Positions 1-11,686 are shown, numbered from the stretch's first letter. The stretch is DNA of 64,000 nucleotides from Candidatus Latescibacterota bacterium (GCA_963791045.1 CAWBQK010000009.1:1-64000); one strand, 5' to 3'. Notes: a model not told the origin generated them from the letters alone. Translations and numbers: made by a program.

Positions 1-2458
1 GGGTGTCTTTTGTCTTGGTGAACTTGAGCGCCGCGCCGTTACCGTCCGCCGATCCGCGGATCGTTTCGGGAAGCGCGTCGAAGAACCGTCCGCTCTCCTG
101 TTCGCTCTCGCGAAGGGGCCGTTCCGGCGCCATGTTGATCGCGCGCCGACCGACCTGCGTCTTGTCCTTCGCGGGGCAGATCTCGACACAAAGACGGCAC
201 CCCGTGCAGTCATCGATACCGAGTTGGAGCGTGTACAGTTTGTCCGGGAACTCCTTCCACTTGGCCTTGGCAGACTTGAAGTTCTCGGGCGCACCCTTGA
301 TATCTTTCTCGTCGTACACCTTCGCGCGGAGAACAGAGTGAGGGCAAACCGTTATGCAACGACCGCACTGTATGCAGATGGCCGGATCCCAGACCGGAAC
401 CTCCTGCGTGATGTTTCGCCGCTCCCAACGGGTTGTCGCGGAGGGATACGTGCCGTCGTCGGGCAACGCGCTCACCGGCAAATCATCGCCGTACCCGGCG
501 ATCATCGTGGCCGTAACCTTTCGCACAAACTCGGGAGCGTTGGGCGGAACCGGGGGCGGAAGTTCGATTGTACTCGTCACCGTTCCCGGCACTTTGACCT
601 CGTGATAGTTCGCAAGCGTAGCATCCACCGCCATGTTGTTCATTTTTACGACGGTTTCGCCTCGTTTCCCGTAAGTCTTCTTGATCGCCTCCTTGATCTT
701 GGCGATCGCCTCGTCCTTCGGCAGCACACCACTCATCCCAAAGAAACTGGTCTGCATCACCGTATTGATCCTCACACCCATGTTGTTCTCTTTGGCGACC
801 TTGTATGCGTCTATCACCCAGAACTTGAGCTTCTTCTTAACGATCTGTTCCTGAACGATTCGCGGGAGATTGTCCCACACCTCATCCGGGCCGTAGGGGC
901 TATTCAGAAGGAATGTCGCCCCTTCCGCCGCTATCTCGAGAGTGTCGTAACGCTCGAGGAAACCGAATTGGTGCACGGCGACAAAATTCGCTTTCTTGAT
1001 CAGGTAGGTACTTTTGATCGGGCTCGGGCCGAACCGAAGGTGTGAAATCGTTTTTGCTCCGGCTTTTTTCGAGTCGTAAACGAAGTAACCCTGAGCATAG
1101 AAATCGGTCTCTTCGCCAATAATCTTGATCGAGTTCCGGTTGGCGCCAACAGTGCCGTCCGATCCCAATCCCCAAAAAACGGCACGGGTAACTTCATCCG
1201 GCTCGATATCGAAGTCGCGATCGTAATCGATGCTCGTGTGCGTCACGTCATCATTGATCCCGATCGTAAAGTGGTTCTTTGGTTCGGACTTTGCCGCTTC
1301 GTCGAAGACACCCTTCACCATCGCCGGCGTGAATTCCTTTGACGAGAGGCCGTACCTGCCACCGATGATTGTCGGATATTCCTTAAACGGTGCCTTTTTC
1401 GCCGCCATCGCCTCCATCACCGAAGTGACGATGTCCTGGTAAAGCGGCTCACCCGTGGCACCCGGCTCTTTTGTCCGGTCGAGCGCGATAATCGTCTTCG
1501 TGGTTTCGGGCAGCGCGCCAAGGAAGTGTTCGACGGAGAACGGGCGGTAAAGTCTGACTTTGAGGAGTCCAACTTTTTCACCTTGCCCAACAAGGTAGGT
1601 CACCAGTTCGTCCGCGGTCTCGCAACCCGAACCCATCATGACGATGACACGATCCGCGTCAGGAGCGCCGACATAGTCGAACAGCTTGTACTGTCGGCCT
1701 GTTTGTTTGGCGAAATCATCCATCACGCCCTGGACGATTCCGGGCGTGGCAATGTAGTACGAATTAACCGTTTCGCGACCCTGGAAAAATGTATCCGGGT
1801 TCTGGGCGGTGCCCCGAATGACAGGCTTGTCCGGTGACAACGCGCGCGCGCGGTGCGCACGAACAAGTTCGTCATCGATCAGCGCTCTGATGTCATCTTC
1901 CGTCACCGGATCTATTTTCGACACTTCATGCGATGTCCTGAAACCATCGAACGAGTGAATAAACGGGATGCGCGATTTGAGTGTGGACGCCTGCGAAATC
2001 AACGCGAAGTCCATGACTTCCTGAACCGAATTCGCAAAGAGCATCGCGAAACCCGTCGAACGGACGGCCATCGCGTCACTGTGGTCCCCAAAAATCGAAA
2101 GCGCCTGAGCGGCAAGAGAACGGGCAGAAATGTGAATCACCGTAGGCGTCAGTTCTCCCGCGATCTTGTACATATTTGGAATCATCAAAAGAAGACCCTG
2201 GCTGGCGGTAAACGTCGTGCTCAACGCACCCGCCTGCAATGCCCCATGAAGCGATCCCGACGCCCCGCCCTCCGACTGGAGCTCAACCACGTTGGGTATG
2301 CTTCCCCAGATATTCTTGATCCCCATCGAACTCCACTGATCGGCGAGTTCGCCCATCCCTGAAGACGGGGTGATCGGATAAATGGCTATGACTTCATTTG
2401 TCTTATGAGCTACGAATGCCGCAGCTTCATTTCCATCGATTGTGACTTTTTTCCGCAT
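1..2458 (-). CDS. nifJ: Pyruvate:ferredoxin/flavodoxin oxidoreductase (5' part; runs off window start)
   Basis: Manual translation from ATG at 2458 (RBS GGAGG): MRKKVTIDGNEAAAFVAHKTNEVIAIYPITPSSGMGE..., GLGSDGTVGAN, and ferredoxin motif CTGCRLCVEICP near position 170-220. Confidence 0.95.
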   Translation of the reverse strand, partial: MRKKVTIDGNEAAAFVAHKTNEVIAIYPITPSSGMGELADQWSSMGIKNIWGSIPNVVELQSEGGASGSLHGALQAGALSTTFTASQGLLLMIPNMYKIAGELTPTVIHISARSLAAQALSIFGDHSDAMAVRSTGFAMLFANSVQEVMDFALISQASTLKSRIPFIHSFDGFRTSHEVSKIDPVTEDDIRALIDDELVRAHRARALSPDKPVIRGTAQNPDTFFQGRETVNSYYIATPGIVQGVMDDFAKQTGRQYKLFDYVGAPDADRVIVMMGSGCETADELVTYLVGQGEKVGLLKVRLYRPFSVEHFLGALPETTKTIIALDRTKEPGATGEPLYQDIVTSVMEAMAAKKAPFKEYPTIIGGRYGLSSKEFTPAMVKGVFDEAAKSEPKNHFTIGINDDVTHTSIDYDRDFDIEPDEVTRAVFWGLGSDGTVGANRNSIKIIGEETDFYAQGYFVYDSKKAGAKTISHLRFGPSPIKSTYLIKKANFVAVHQFGFLERYDTLEIAAEGATFLLNSPYGPDEVWDNLPRIVQEQIVKKKLKFWVIDAYKVAKENNMGVRINTVMQTSFFGMSGVLPKDEAIAKIKEAIKKTYGKRGETVVKMNNMAVDATLANYHEVKVPGTVTSTIELPPPVPPNAPEFVRKVTATMIAGYGDDLPVSALPDDGTYPSATTRWERRNITQEVPVWDPAICIQCGRCITVCPHSVLRAKVYDEKDIKGAPENFKSAKAKWKEFPDKLYTLQLGIDDCTGCRLCVEICPAKDKTQVGRRAINMAPERPLRESEQESGRFFDALPETIRGSADGNGAALKFTKTKDT

Positions 2459-2809
2459 AAGTTCCTCCCTTTCACGAACCAAGTCCCATAATCGGCCAAT
2501 TGTAAGTCAAGCGGACCGAAATATCAACGACTGGTATCGAAAAGAAATAGAAAACCGGTTTAAACCGGGGCGGGGATCCTGGTCACCTTCCAACAAACCG
2601 CTAAGAATTTCCAAACAGAGGGAGGATGGCATCGCCATGAGGAGAGATGTTCCCCGAGTCCAGAGAGGCTGCGGGGCACTCGATCTCACGGGGCCGGAGA
2701 AAATCCAAACGGCAGGGAGTACTTGACAACTCGAGCATTCCCGTCCAACTCCCCACCGATTTCCCGACTTCGTGTGGCAATTGTCATTTGGAAACCGCGC
2801 ACGGACCTG

Positions 2810-3280
2810 TCATCTCGTCTTGAAGGAGATTTTGACCGTTTTTGGTTTCACGAGACGTTCAAAGTCCGCGTACGAAAGTTTTATCAACTCCGTGTGCGAA
2901 CATGCATTGAATGCAATCTCATCATCTTCAGCCAGGGTCTCCGCGACGTACACATCGAGACCATAGAGATTGCCGAACGGCGGCATCGCCCCAACCTCGC
3001 ATCCGGGGAAAGCCTCTTTGAACTCGACCTCGCCGGCCAGTTCGACGTGCTGCGCGCCCGACGCTTCTCTCAAGAGATCAAAATCGACCTTGAACGACGC
3101 TGGAAGCACCGCCATGGCGAGCTTCCCGTCCACTTTGATCACCACCGATTTCGCAAGCTCCTTACCCGGAATATGCGCCGATGCGGCGACCTGCTGAGCG
3201 GTAAACGCGGGCGAATGTGTGATACTGATGTATTTGACATCCTCGGAATCGAGGAACTCTTTGAGAATGTTGACCGGCAT
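2810..3280 (-). CDS. YbaK/EbsC/ProX-family aminoacyl-tRNA deacylase
   Basis: [23 protein letters not shown] motifs; 156 aa. Confidence 0.88.
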   Translation of the reverse strand: MPVNILKEFLDSEDVKYISITHSPAFTAQQVAASAHIPGKELAKSVVIKVDGKLAMAVLPASFKVDFDLLREASGAQHVELAGEVEFKEAFPGCEVGAMPPFGNLYGLDVYVAETLAEDDEIAFNACSHTELIKLSYADFERLVKPKTVKISFKTR

Positions 3281-3517
3281 GACGACCTCCCCGTCGAGTA
3301 TTCTCCCAACGACTCAGTTTTTAAAACCAATTAGAAAAACAGGGTTCGTCCGGTCTTCGCTGATCTGGATGTCTGGCAAGATGAAGCTGAGGTCATTGTG
3401 GGGCGCCAGCGAAAACATGATGCTCGCGCTGTGCTGCTGTGTCCGGCACACGGACGGTTCTATTGTAGTATAGCCCACGCCGCGCAAAATCGCCAATCCC
3501 CCGCGCCGTCTGCGGCG

Positions 3518-6232
3518 TTACTCGGCAGCGAGGCGTTTCAGGACGGTCTGGAGGATGCCGCCGTTGCGGTAATAGTCGACCTCGACGGGCGTGTCGATAC
3601 GGACCTTCGCGGCGAACTCGGTTTTCGAGCCGTCCGCCGCCGTCGCGGTCACCTGGACGATTTGCCCCGGCTTCAGATTGTCGTCGAGGCCAGAAATATC
3701 GAATGTCTCGGAGCCGTTCAGGCCAAGTGATTTCCACGACGATCCGCTTTCGAACTCGAGCGGCAGCACGCCCATCCCCACGAGATTGCTCCGGTGGATC
3801 CGCTCGTAGCTCTCCGCGATCACGGCACGTACTCCGAGAAGTGTCGTGCCTTTCGCCGCCCAGTCCCGGCTCGACCCCGACCCGTATTCCTTGCCCGCAA
3901 GAACAACCAAAGGTGTTTTTGAGGCTTCGTACTTGAGCGATGCGTCATAAATGCTCATCTGCTCGTCCGTGGGCAAGAACGTCGTCCACGTCCCTTCCGT
4001 TCCCGGCGCGAGGAGATTTCTCAGCCGGATGTTGGCAAATGTTCCCCTGAGCATCACCTGGTGGTTACCACGCCGCGATCCGTAACTATTGAAATCACCC
4101 CTGTCGATATCCAATGACTGCAGATAGTCTCCCGCCGGGCTCTTTGGCGCGATCGCGCCCGCCGGTGAGATGTGATCGGTCGTCACCGAATCTCCCAGCA
4201 TAACCAGGGTTCGCGCTCCCATGATGGGCGCGATCTTCCTTCCCTCGTCCTCGACTCCGGCAAAAAACGGCGGTTCCTGGATATAGGTATTGTCGGGATT
4301 CCAATCGTAGATCTCGGAACTCGTCACGTTGATCTTGTTCCACATCGCGTTGCCCTCGAAAACATTCTTGTACTTCTCGATAAACGCGTCCGCAGTCACC
4401 ACGCGGCCGACCACCTCATCGATTTCACTCTGGGCCGGCCAGATGTCCCTCAGGAACACATCCCGGCCGTCCTTTCCTTTCCCAAGCGGTTCGACATCGA
4501 GATTGATGTCCACGGTACCCGCGATCGCGTAGGCGATCACAAGCGGCGGACTCGCCAGGTAGTTCGCCTTCACCAACTGGTGGACGCGGCCCTCAAAATT
4601 CCTGTTTCCGCTCAAAACGGATGAGACAACCAGGTCGCCTTCCTTCATCGCATCCTCGACCGGCTTGGGAAGCGGCCCGCTGTTGCCGATGCATGTGGTG
4701 CACCCGTAACCAACCGTGTAGAAACCCAACGCTTCGAGATGTTTGTCGAGTCCCGACGCCTCATAGTACTCGGTGACGACTTGCGACCCGGGGGCCAGAC
4801 TTGTTTTCACATAATTTTTGACTTCGAGACCGCGTTCCACGGCGTTGCGGGCAAGAAGCCCGGCGGCGACCATCACCGACGGATTCGATGTGTTGGTGCA
4901 GCTGGTTATCGCCGCGATTACGGTGGACCCATGGGCCATCCTGGTGGAACCGTCCGTCCCCACCTCGACAGTCGCATCGGCGGCCGCCGCTTCGACACCA
5001 AAGCCACCCTCCTTGGTAGGCTTAGTGAGCACGGTTTCAAAACTCTCTTTCAAATCGGATACCGTCACGCGATCCTGCGGGCGTTTCGGCCCGGCGAGAC
5101 TGGGAACCACACTGGCAAGGTCGAACTCGACTACATCGGAGTAGTGCGGTTCGGGCGTGTCGGGAGTAAAGAACAACCCCTGCTCTTTCATATAGCGTTC
5201 GATGAGATCCACGCGGTCCTCATCCCTCCCGGTGAGACGGTAATAACGGATACTCTCCTCATCGATCGGGAAATACCCCATCGTCGCCCCGTACTCGGGT
5301 GCCATGTTGGCGATGGTCGCGCGGTCGGGGAGACTCATTGTCGAGAGTCCCTCGCCGAAGAACTCGACGAACTTCCCAACAACACCCTTCTCTCGAAGAA
5401 GCTCCACAACGGTTAGCACGACATCGGTTGCCGTCACGCCTTCTCTTGGTTTTCCATGGAGACGAAAACCGATGACATGCGGAAGAAGCATATAGATCGG
5501 CTCGCCGAGCATCACCGCTTCGGCCTCGATGCCGCCGACGCCCCATCCAACGATTCCCAAACCGTTGATCATCGTCGTGTGGCTGTCCGTACCGACAAGG
5601 CTGTCCGGATACGCAACAACCTCGCGCGCGGCGTCGTTCATAAAGACGCCGCGCGCGAGGTACTCGAGGTTAACCTGGTGGACGATCCCGGTTCCCGGCG
5701 GCACGACACTGAGATTCTTGAACGCGTTCTGCGCCCACTTGAGCAGTTCGTATCGCTCCCTGTTTCGTTTGAATTCATTCTCGATGTTCGCGGCGAACGC
5801 GCTTGCGGATCCGAACTCATCCACGATCACCGAATGATCCACAACCATGTCGCACGGAACTTGCAGGTCGATCTTCAGGAAATCTTCTCCCAATCGCTTC
5901 ATTGCCGAACGCATCGCCGCGAGATCGACGACGGCGGGCACACCTGTAAAATCCTGGAGTACGACACGCGCCGGTTTAAACGCGATCTCCGACTGGACCT
6001 CGGGGTTGGGATCCCACGCGAGAATTTTCGCCACGTCGTCCTCAGTCACTTTGAAGCCGTCAAGGTTTCTGATCGCGCTTTCGAGGAGGACGCGGATCGA
6101 ATACGGGAGGCGCGAAACACCCCCGGGGAGTTTACCCAACCCCAAACCGTCCAGGCTGGGCAGATGATAAATGGCGGTATCGCCGGCTTTAGTTTTCAGG
6201 CTTTTTTTGAAATCATCCCGGTTGATTTTCAA
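3518..6232 (-). CDS. acnA: Aconitate hydratase A
   Basis: [53 protein letters not shown]; likely TTG start at 6232 after GGAGG. Confidence 0.96.
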   Translation of the reverse strand: MKINRDDFKKSLKTKAGDTAIYHLPSLDGLGLGKLPGGVSRLPYSIRVLLESAIRNLDGFKVTEDDVAKILAWDPNPEVQSEIAFKPARVVLQDFTGVPAVVDLAAMRSAMKRLGEDFLKIDLQVPCDMVVDHSVIVDEFGSASAFAANIENEFKRNRERYELLKWAQNAFKNLSVVPPGTGIVHQVNLEYLARGVFMNDAAREVVAYPDSLVGTDSHTTMINGLGIVGWGVGGIEAEAVMLGEPIYMLLPHVIGFRLHGKPREGVTATDVVLTVVELLREKGVVGKFVEFFGEGLSTMSLPDRATIANMAPEYGATMGYFPIDEESIRYYRLTGRDEDRVDLIERYMKEQGLFFTPDTPEPHYSDVVEFDLASVVPSLAGPKRPQDRVTVSDLKESFETVLTKPTKEGGFGVEAAAADATVEVGTDGSTRMAHGSTVIAAITSCTNTSNPSVMVAAGLLARNAVERGLEVKNYVKTSLAPGSQVVTEYYEASGLDKHLEALGFYTVGYGCTTCIGNSGPLPKPVEDAMKEGDLVVSSVLSGNRNFEGRVHQLVKANYLASPPLVIAYAIAGTVDINLDVEPLGKGKDGRDVFLRDIWPAQSEIDEVVGRVVTADAFIEKYKNVFEGNAMWNKINVTSSEIYDWNPDNTYIQEPPFFAGVEDEGRKIAPIMGARTLVMLGDSVTTDHISPAGAIAPKSPAGDYLQSLDIDRGDFNSYGSRRGNHQVMLRGTFANIRLRNLLAPGTEGTWTTFLPTDEQMSIYDASLKYEASKTPLVVLAGKEYGSGSSRDWAAKGTTLLGVRAVIAESYERIHRSNLVGMGVLPLEFESGSSWKSLGLNGSETFDISGLDDNLKPGQIVQVTATAADGSKTEFAAKVRIDTPVEVDYYRNGGILQTVLKRLAAE

Positions 6233-6474
6233 GACGTCCTCCTGATTCGTAGAAAAAACTGTTTTGCGGGGGCTATTGTGCCACCGATGTGACTCGGCCA
6301 CGCCGGGCTGTCATATCTATCATTATGATTTAGAATCGATTCCGGAGCCGGGGCACCACCAAGCAGGTGGAAACTCGGAAGATAGCAATTCGAGATGTTT
6401 GGCTTTCGGGGGAATTATATGCTACAATCCAGGCGGTGTGCAAGCGTATTACCCACAGCAAGCGAGGTCTCTAT

Positions 6475-6945
6475 ATGCGTATTGCTACTGTTCTAGTGGT
6501 TGCAATGGCCTTGGGATTGTGCCTGACCTCTTCGGTTGCTGCGCAGGGCTATAGCGCAATGCTGGACGGCTTCCAGGTCGTCCCTCCCGTCTTCTCACCC
6601 GCTTCGGGGATAGGCGGCTTCTCCCTTGACGACAGGCAGATGTTCGAATACAACATCAGTTTTGGCGGGCTCGAGGGAGACGAAACCAGCGTGCATGTTT
6701 GTGGCCCGGCGACGCCTGGCATGAACGGTCCGGTAATTTTTGACCTTCCTTTGGGACCGGTAAAATTCGGAACGTTCGGGCCTCTTACGGCGCAACAGGT
6801 ATCCGATTTGAATGGGGGAATGTGGTACGTCTTGGTTCGTTCGACAGTATATCCCGACGGCGAGATCCGTGGACAGATACTGTCGGCAGTTCCCGTCGAG
6901 GAACAGACCTGGGGCGCAATCAAAGAGTTGTACCGGGTACAATGA
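6475..6945 (+). CDS. Secreted CHRD-domain protein with C-terminal TWGxIKxLY motif
   Basis: Signal peptide; QVVPPV..S.ASG, 'GGMWYVLVRSTVYPDGEIRGQI' typical of CHRD; ends VPVEEQTWGAIKELYRVQ. Confidence 0.8.
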   Translation: MRIATVLVVAMALGLCLTSSVAAQGYSAMLDGFQVVPPVFSPASGIGGFSLDDRQMFEYNISFGGLEGDETSVHVCGPATPGMNGPVIFDLPLGPVKFGTFGPLTAQQVSDLNGGMWYVLVRSTVYPDGEIRGQILSAVPVEEQTWGAIKELYRVQ

Positions 6946-6997
6946 TGACCTGCGCGTGTCATGGCACGGCAGTCTTCATAAATAGCAATAAACTATA

Positions 6998-7045
6998 AAC
7001 GGGTGGCACGCCGCGTAACACGGTGGTCCACCCGTTGGTTTTTTT
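6998..7045 (+). terminator. Intrinsic terminator
   Basis: AACGGGTGG...CCACCCGTT stem followed by a T7 tract, between convergent genes. Confidence 0.6.
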
Positions 7046-7086
7046 GGGGGCACGTTTCCCCGTTTCCGCTCCTGCCGCTCGCCGTC

Positions 7087-7386
7087 TCAGTCGACTTCGT
7101 CGGCCAGTTCGAGAAAACGGTTGTACGGAACCGCGGCCCAGCTTTCGACCTGGAACGCGCCAGACGAAAGCGTTATCAACGAGACCTTCGCGGCGATTTC
7201 CTCGCTCGGCGCCTCATATATATCCATAAAATCGTACGGTCCGAGAAGCGCGTAATGGGCGAGCCATTTGACGTCGGGGCATTTCTCGGTGACTTTCTGC
7301 ATCCATCGCTTCCCGATCTTCTCACGGTTCTTGAGATCCTTCGTGACCTCGGGGGTCAGCTTGGTCAGGAGAACATACGTACCCAT
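7087..7386 (-). CDS. GYD-domain protein
   Basis: 99 aa from ATG at 7386; 'YALLGPYDFMDIYEAPSEE' matches the GYD family pattern. Confidence 0.8.
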   Translation of the reverse strand: MGTYVLLTKLTPEVTKDLKNREKIGKRWMQKVTEKCPDVKWLAHYALLGPYDFMDIYEAPSEEIAAKVSLITLSSGAFQVESWAAVPYNRFLELADEVD

Positions 7387-7480
7387 TTCCGATCTCCTTT
7401 TCGACGGCGTACGGAGACATCCATTACCTACTATAATTGTAGATCGAGTTACGCCCATCGTCAAACCGGTTCTGAGCACA

Positions 7481-7518
7481 AAAACCCGACCGGGGAAAGT
7501 TCCCCCGGCCGGGTTTTC
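7481..7518 (-). terminator. Intrinsic (bidirectional) terminator
   Basis: AAAACCCGACCGGGG-aaagtt-CCCCCGGCCGGGTTTT hairpin downstream of the cytochrome gene. Confidence 0.7.
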
Positions 7519-7560
7519 GGTACAGTTCTTCGGCAAATCCGCCGAGTTTCAGCGGAGCCG

Positions 7561-7926
7561 CTACTCGTAGATAGCCTTGATCTTGCCCCATGTCGAGTCT
7601 TCGACGGGGAGCGTGCTGTCCGGGTTGCCGGGGAATGTCCCCGCGTTTATTTCGGCCAGGTTCGAATAGGTATCGCTGTCCGAGTCTGTGCCTTCAATCG
7701 CCTGAATAGCCTGCAAGTCGCTCTTACCGTTGTCCATCTCGGTTTTCATGTCAGCCCCATAGGGGTTGTAATCAAAACCGTTCATGTGGCAGGTATTGCA
7801 GGTGTCGAGCGTCTTGCCGCCCGTACCGTAGAGGTTATTGAACGTCGTCTTGTAGCTGCTTTTCGCCAAAACGACAACGAAGGAAGCAAAAACGAGCACC
7901 GTCGCGATCATTCCGAGACGTCTCAT
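7561..7926 (-). CDS. Small secreted monoheme c-type cytochrome-like protein with TWGxIK C-terminus
   Basis: RBS AGGAGG, signal peptide, CNTCH, NPYG, acidic DSDSDTYSNLAEINAGTFPG segment, ends LPVEDSTWGKIKAIYE. Confidence 0.8.
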   Translation of the reverse strand: MRRLGMIATVLVFASFVVVLAKSSYKTTFNNLYGTGGKTLDTCNTCHMNGFDYNPYGADMKTEMDNGKSDLQAIQAIEGTDSDSDTYSNLAEINAGTFPGNPDSTLPVEDSTWGKIKAIYE

Positions 7927-8238
7927 GGAGACCCCTCCTTTATTTAGCTGATGATGTTCAGCAATCAGTTGTTTTCCGTCATCCGCTTGACCACGAATTC
8001 GGTATGGGGTACCCGGTAATCTAGGTATCCGGATCACCTGGCGCAACCCCCATTTCCGCTTCCCGCGCATTACTGCGGGGACAGGCGGCAGCGTCGCACG
8101 AGTCGTGCCGCAAAACCCCAAATATGGTTGAAAGTTACATCGAACGGGCGCACCATGGTTCTTGACAGGATTTTCCGTGAATCAAATTGATAGAAATAGA
8201 GTAGTTACTATTGAGAGCTCCGGTGCCCGGCCGCTCGA

Positions 8239-8283
8239 TTGACGGCGGCGAAAATGGGTGCTAGTTTGTGAATAAATTCCCGA
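8239..8283 (+). promoter_or_regulatory. Sigma70-like promoter overlapped by Rex-like operator
   Basis: TTGACG-17-TAGTTT (8239-8267); TTGTGAATAAATTCCCGA (8266-8283) matches 12 of 14 positions of TTGTGAA-N4-TTCACAA. Confidence 0.45.
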
Positions 8284-8430
8284 CCTATGCGCACGTTGAG
8301 ATGGTGTTGCAAATTTGGCCGGGTACTCCGGACAAGTGCTCAGATTTTGAGTGTTATTGCTGGAATTCGATATGGAAACCCTAACAAACCATCCTGTGTT
8401 TTCGCGACAATTAAAAAGGACGGAATCAAA

Positions 8431-9204
8431 ATGTCAGCGCGCACGGTACTCATAGGCGTTATCGCCGCGTCGGTACTCATGCTTGTTGCGGCTCGCCTCA
8501 CCACGGCCCAGACCGACCCGGTGGAGATTCAAAAAATTGTCAAGGATATCGATGAGCTCTACCGCAGCGAATCGAGTTACGCGGAATTCGAGATGCACAT
8601 CATAACGCCCCACTGGGAACGTACGCTCGCGATGGACACGTGGTCGGTCGGGATGAAACAGACCTTCATTCGAATCACCGCGCCGCGCAAGGAAAAGGAC
8701 GTTGCCACGCTCCGGCTGGACAACGAAATGTGGAACTATCTGCCAAAGACGAACAAGATCATAAAGATCCCCCCGTCGATGATGATGAGTTCGTGGATGG
8801 GTTCTGATTTCACAAACGATGATATCGTCAGGGAGTTTTCGCTGTACGAGGATTACGCTTATTCAGAGATCACCGTGGACGAACCGGATACCGCACTCGT
8901 TTATGTCAACTGCGTCCCGCGTGAAGACCTAGCCGTCGTGTGGAAGAATGTTGTTATTGCCGTCCGCCGCTCCGATCACCTCCCCGTGTGGCAAAAGTAC
9001 TACGATGAAAAAGACGTTCTCATGCGAACGATGTATTTCGAAGAAATCAAAACGATGGGCGGGCGAACCATTCCGTCCGTCATGGCGGTGGTTCCACAAA
9101 ACAAGGAAGGCCACAGGACCGAGGTCAGATACAAGACCATCGAATTCGATATCGATGTCGATGACGACATATTCTCGTTGAGGAATTTGAGAGCCAAGAA
9201 GTAG
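8431..9204 (+). CDS. Outer-membrane lipoprotein-sorting (LolA-like) protein
   Basis: Signal peptide; MWNYLPK, SWMGSDFTNDD motifs; first gene of ABC operon. Confidence 0.85.
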   Translation: MSARTVLIGVIAASVLMLVAARLTTAQTDPVEIQKIVKDIDELYRSESSYAEFEMHIITPHWERTLAMDTWSVGMKQTFIRITAPRKEKDVATLRLDNEMWNYLPKTNKIIKIPPSMMMSSWMGSDFTNDDIVREFSLYEDYAYSEITVDEPDTALVYVNCVPREDLAVVWKNVVIAVRRSDHLPVWQKYYDEKDVLMRTMYFEEIKTMGGRTIPSVMAVVPQNKEGHRTEVRYKTIEFDIDVDDDIFSLRNLRAKK

Positions 9205-9214
9205 GGTAAGCGTA

Positions 9215-10434
9215 ATGATCACCTTGAAGATCGCATTCCGAAATATCTTCCGACAGAAGCGGAGGACATTTCTTACCGTTCTCACGATGTTCGGCGGGTT
9301 TACGCTCTCTTCGTTCTCGATCGGGTGGATGGACGGATCCTACAACTACATCATCGATATGTTCACCCGATATCAGCTCGGCCACATCCAGATCCACAAA
9401 GAGGGTTATCTCGACCGTCCGACCATTTACAAGACGATCGACAATTACGACGAGATTTCCGCGACGGTCGAAAACACCCGAGGGGTCGCGCGAACGAGCC
9501 CAAGGCTGTATTCCGCGGGCCTCGCGTCGGTCGGCGAAAAGACCGCCATTGCCCGGATTATCGGGATCGACCCCGCCCTGGAGAACGCCGCCACTCTTTT
9601 CGACAAGAAAATCGAAACGGGAAAACCAATATCAATGGAGACGTCCCACGAGACCGTTATCGGCAAAGGACTCGCAAAACGTCTCGATGCGCAAAACCGG
9701 CGACGAGATCGTCCTCCTCTCGCAGGGAGCCGACGGGTCGATTGCCAATGACGCGTACACAATCGTCGGAATCATGGACAGCGGCGACGCCGCGAACGAC
9801 TTGACCGCCGTTTTTCTCAACCTCTCCGACGCACAGGAACTCCTCGTTCTCGAGGGCAGGATCCACGAAATCGTCGTCGTCGCCGATAAACTCGGCGGGG
9901 TCCGCAAACTCGCGTCGAAGCTCCAGACGGCCATCGATCGCCCCGACCTTGTCGTCGAACCGTGGCAGGTGTTCGCGCGTTCGTTTTACGACGCAATGAT
10001 GGCGGACAAGGCGGGGGGCTGGATCATGCTTGTCGTCATAATCCTCGTCGTCGCCATCGGCGTGTTGAACACGGTGCTGATGAGCGTTCTCGAACGGACG
10101 CGCGAGTACGGCCTGCTTCGCGCGGTGGGAACTCGTCCGGGACAGATATTCTGGCTCGTGATCGTCGAGGTGTCGATAATGGCGGTAGTATCGGTGGCGT
10201 TCGGGTTGTGTCGCGGGTTGGGCTTTGAATTACATCCTATCCATCTACGGGATCCCGATGCCGTTCGAGTTCACCTACGGCGGGATGGAATTCACCCACG
10301 CATATTCCGAAGTCAACACCAGGAGCTTTCTGATACCGATCGTCGTCGTCATTTTTTCAGCGTTGACCGTGTCTATCCTACCCGCGCTCCGGGCGTCCAG
10401 AACAGCGCCCGCCGCGGCGATGAGAACACACTAG
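9215..10434 (+). CDS. ABC transporter permease, FtsX/LolC-E family (two frameshifts, ~9690 and ~10210)
   Basis: IAFRNIFRQKRRT, MSVLERTREYGLLRAVG, PALRASR..PAAAMR found across three frames. Confidence 0.85.
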
Positions 10435-10446
10435 GGGGCGGGTGCA

Positions 10447-11673
10447 ATGTCACTCTTTTTAAAACTCGCCTGGCGAAACATCTTTCGAAACAAACGACGC
10501 ACCTTTATCACTGGTGTCGCGATCGGCGTGGGGTTGGCGTGTCTGATTTTTGTCGACGCCGTAATTATCGGTTTTGAAAAAAATATGATCCACACGGCGA
10601 CCGCGTCGTTTCTTGGCGAGGGACAAATCCACCGTGAAGACTTCAGGGACCTCCAGTCGGTCGAATTGACAATCGAGGACCTTGCCGGCGTCACCGGCCA
10701 CCTCGGCGCAGAGGAAATCGTCGATCGCTTCACCGTTCGAACCCTGAGCTTCGGTATGGTCAGCTCCCCTGCCAATCTCTCCGCCGTATCGATGGTCGGC
10801 ATCGACCCCGTGACCGAAATCCATTTGTCGCAAATCGATGACGCGCTCATCGAGGGAACCTATTTCGACGGCACCAACGAGCGCGACATCGTTATCGGCA
10901 GCAAACTCGCCCACCTTCTCGAAGTGGGCGTGGGTGACCGAGTCGTTCTGACAACAGCGGCGGCGCATACAGGGGATCTCGCTCAGGAGATGTTTCGCGT
11001 GTCGGGGATATATCATTTCAACGCGCCCGAAATGGACGCGGGGATGGCGTTTGTGAGGATCGACAAGGCGCAAGCGATGCTCGATTTACCCGGCCAGGCA
11101 CACGAAATCGCCATCAAGTTCAAAAATCCGAAATACGGCCGCGACAAACAAGACCCGTTCTGGGAAAAGTACTCTCTGGGCGCAAACGAAGCGATTCCCT
11201 GGCCGGTTATTCTTCCGCAGGTAGAGGCCTATTTCGCAATCTCATGGTTCAGCACGCTTTTTACCGGCCTCATCATCTTCGGCATCGTCGTTATTGGAAT
11301 CATCAATACGCTCTTTATGTCCCTGCACGAGCGGATGTTCGAGTTCGGCGTTATTCGAGCCGTCGGCACGAGCCCCATGTCGGTCGCGCGACTCATTATC
11401 TATGAAGCGGCTTCACTGGCTTTTGTCAGCATCATGATTGGCATCGTGATCGCTTTTCTCGCCACGTGGCTGGTGGGATTCAGCGGCATAGATTACTCGG
11501 GGATCGAGTTCGGCGGTGTAACGATCCGCGAGCCGCTTTACCCGGTCATGAAGGTTTACCAGTTTATCCTTTACCCTGCGCTGGTATTTGTTTTTACAAC
11601 CCTTATCGGCATATTCCCGGCGATCCGCGCAGCTCGAATGTCACCTGCTGGCGCGATGCGGAAGAGCTTTTAG
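10447..11673 (+). CDS. ABC transporter permease, FtsX/LolC-E family
   Basis: LAWRNIFRNKRRT, MSLHERMFEFGVIRAVG, PAIRAARMSP. Confidence 0.9.
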   Translation: MSLFLKLAWRNIFRNKRRTFITGVAIGVGLACLIFVDAVIIGFEKNMIHTATASFLGEGQIHREDFRDLQSVELTIEDLAGVTGHLGAEEIVDRFTVRTLSFGMVSSPANLSAVSMVGIDPVTEIHLSQIDDALIEGTYFDGTNERDIVIGSKLAHLLEVGVGDRVVLTTAAAHTGDLAQEMFRVSGIYHFNAPEMDAGMAFVRIDKAQAMLDLPGQAHEIAIKFKNPKYGRDKQDPFWEKYSLGANEAIPWPVILPQVEAYFAISWFSTLFTGLIIFGIVVIGIINTLFMSLHERMFEFGVIRAVGTSPMSVARLIIYEAASLAFVSIMIGIVIAFLATWLVGFSGIDYSGIEFGGVTIREPLYPVMKVYQFILYPALVFVFTTLIGIFPAIRAARMSPAGAMRKSF

Positions 11674-11686
11674 GGGGGAGCACAAA

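Noticed and set aside
2440-2457. Rex-like site TTGTGACTTTTTTCCGCA at the PFOR start
   Set aside because: Only 10/14 and within coding sequence
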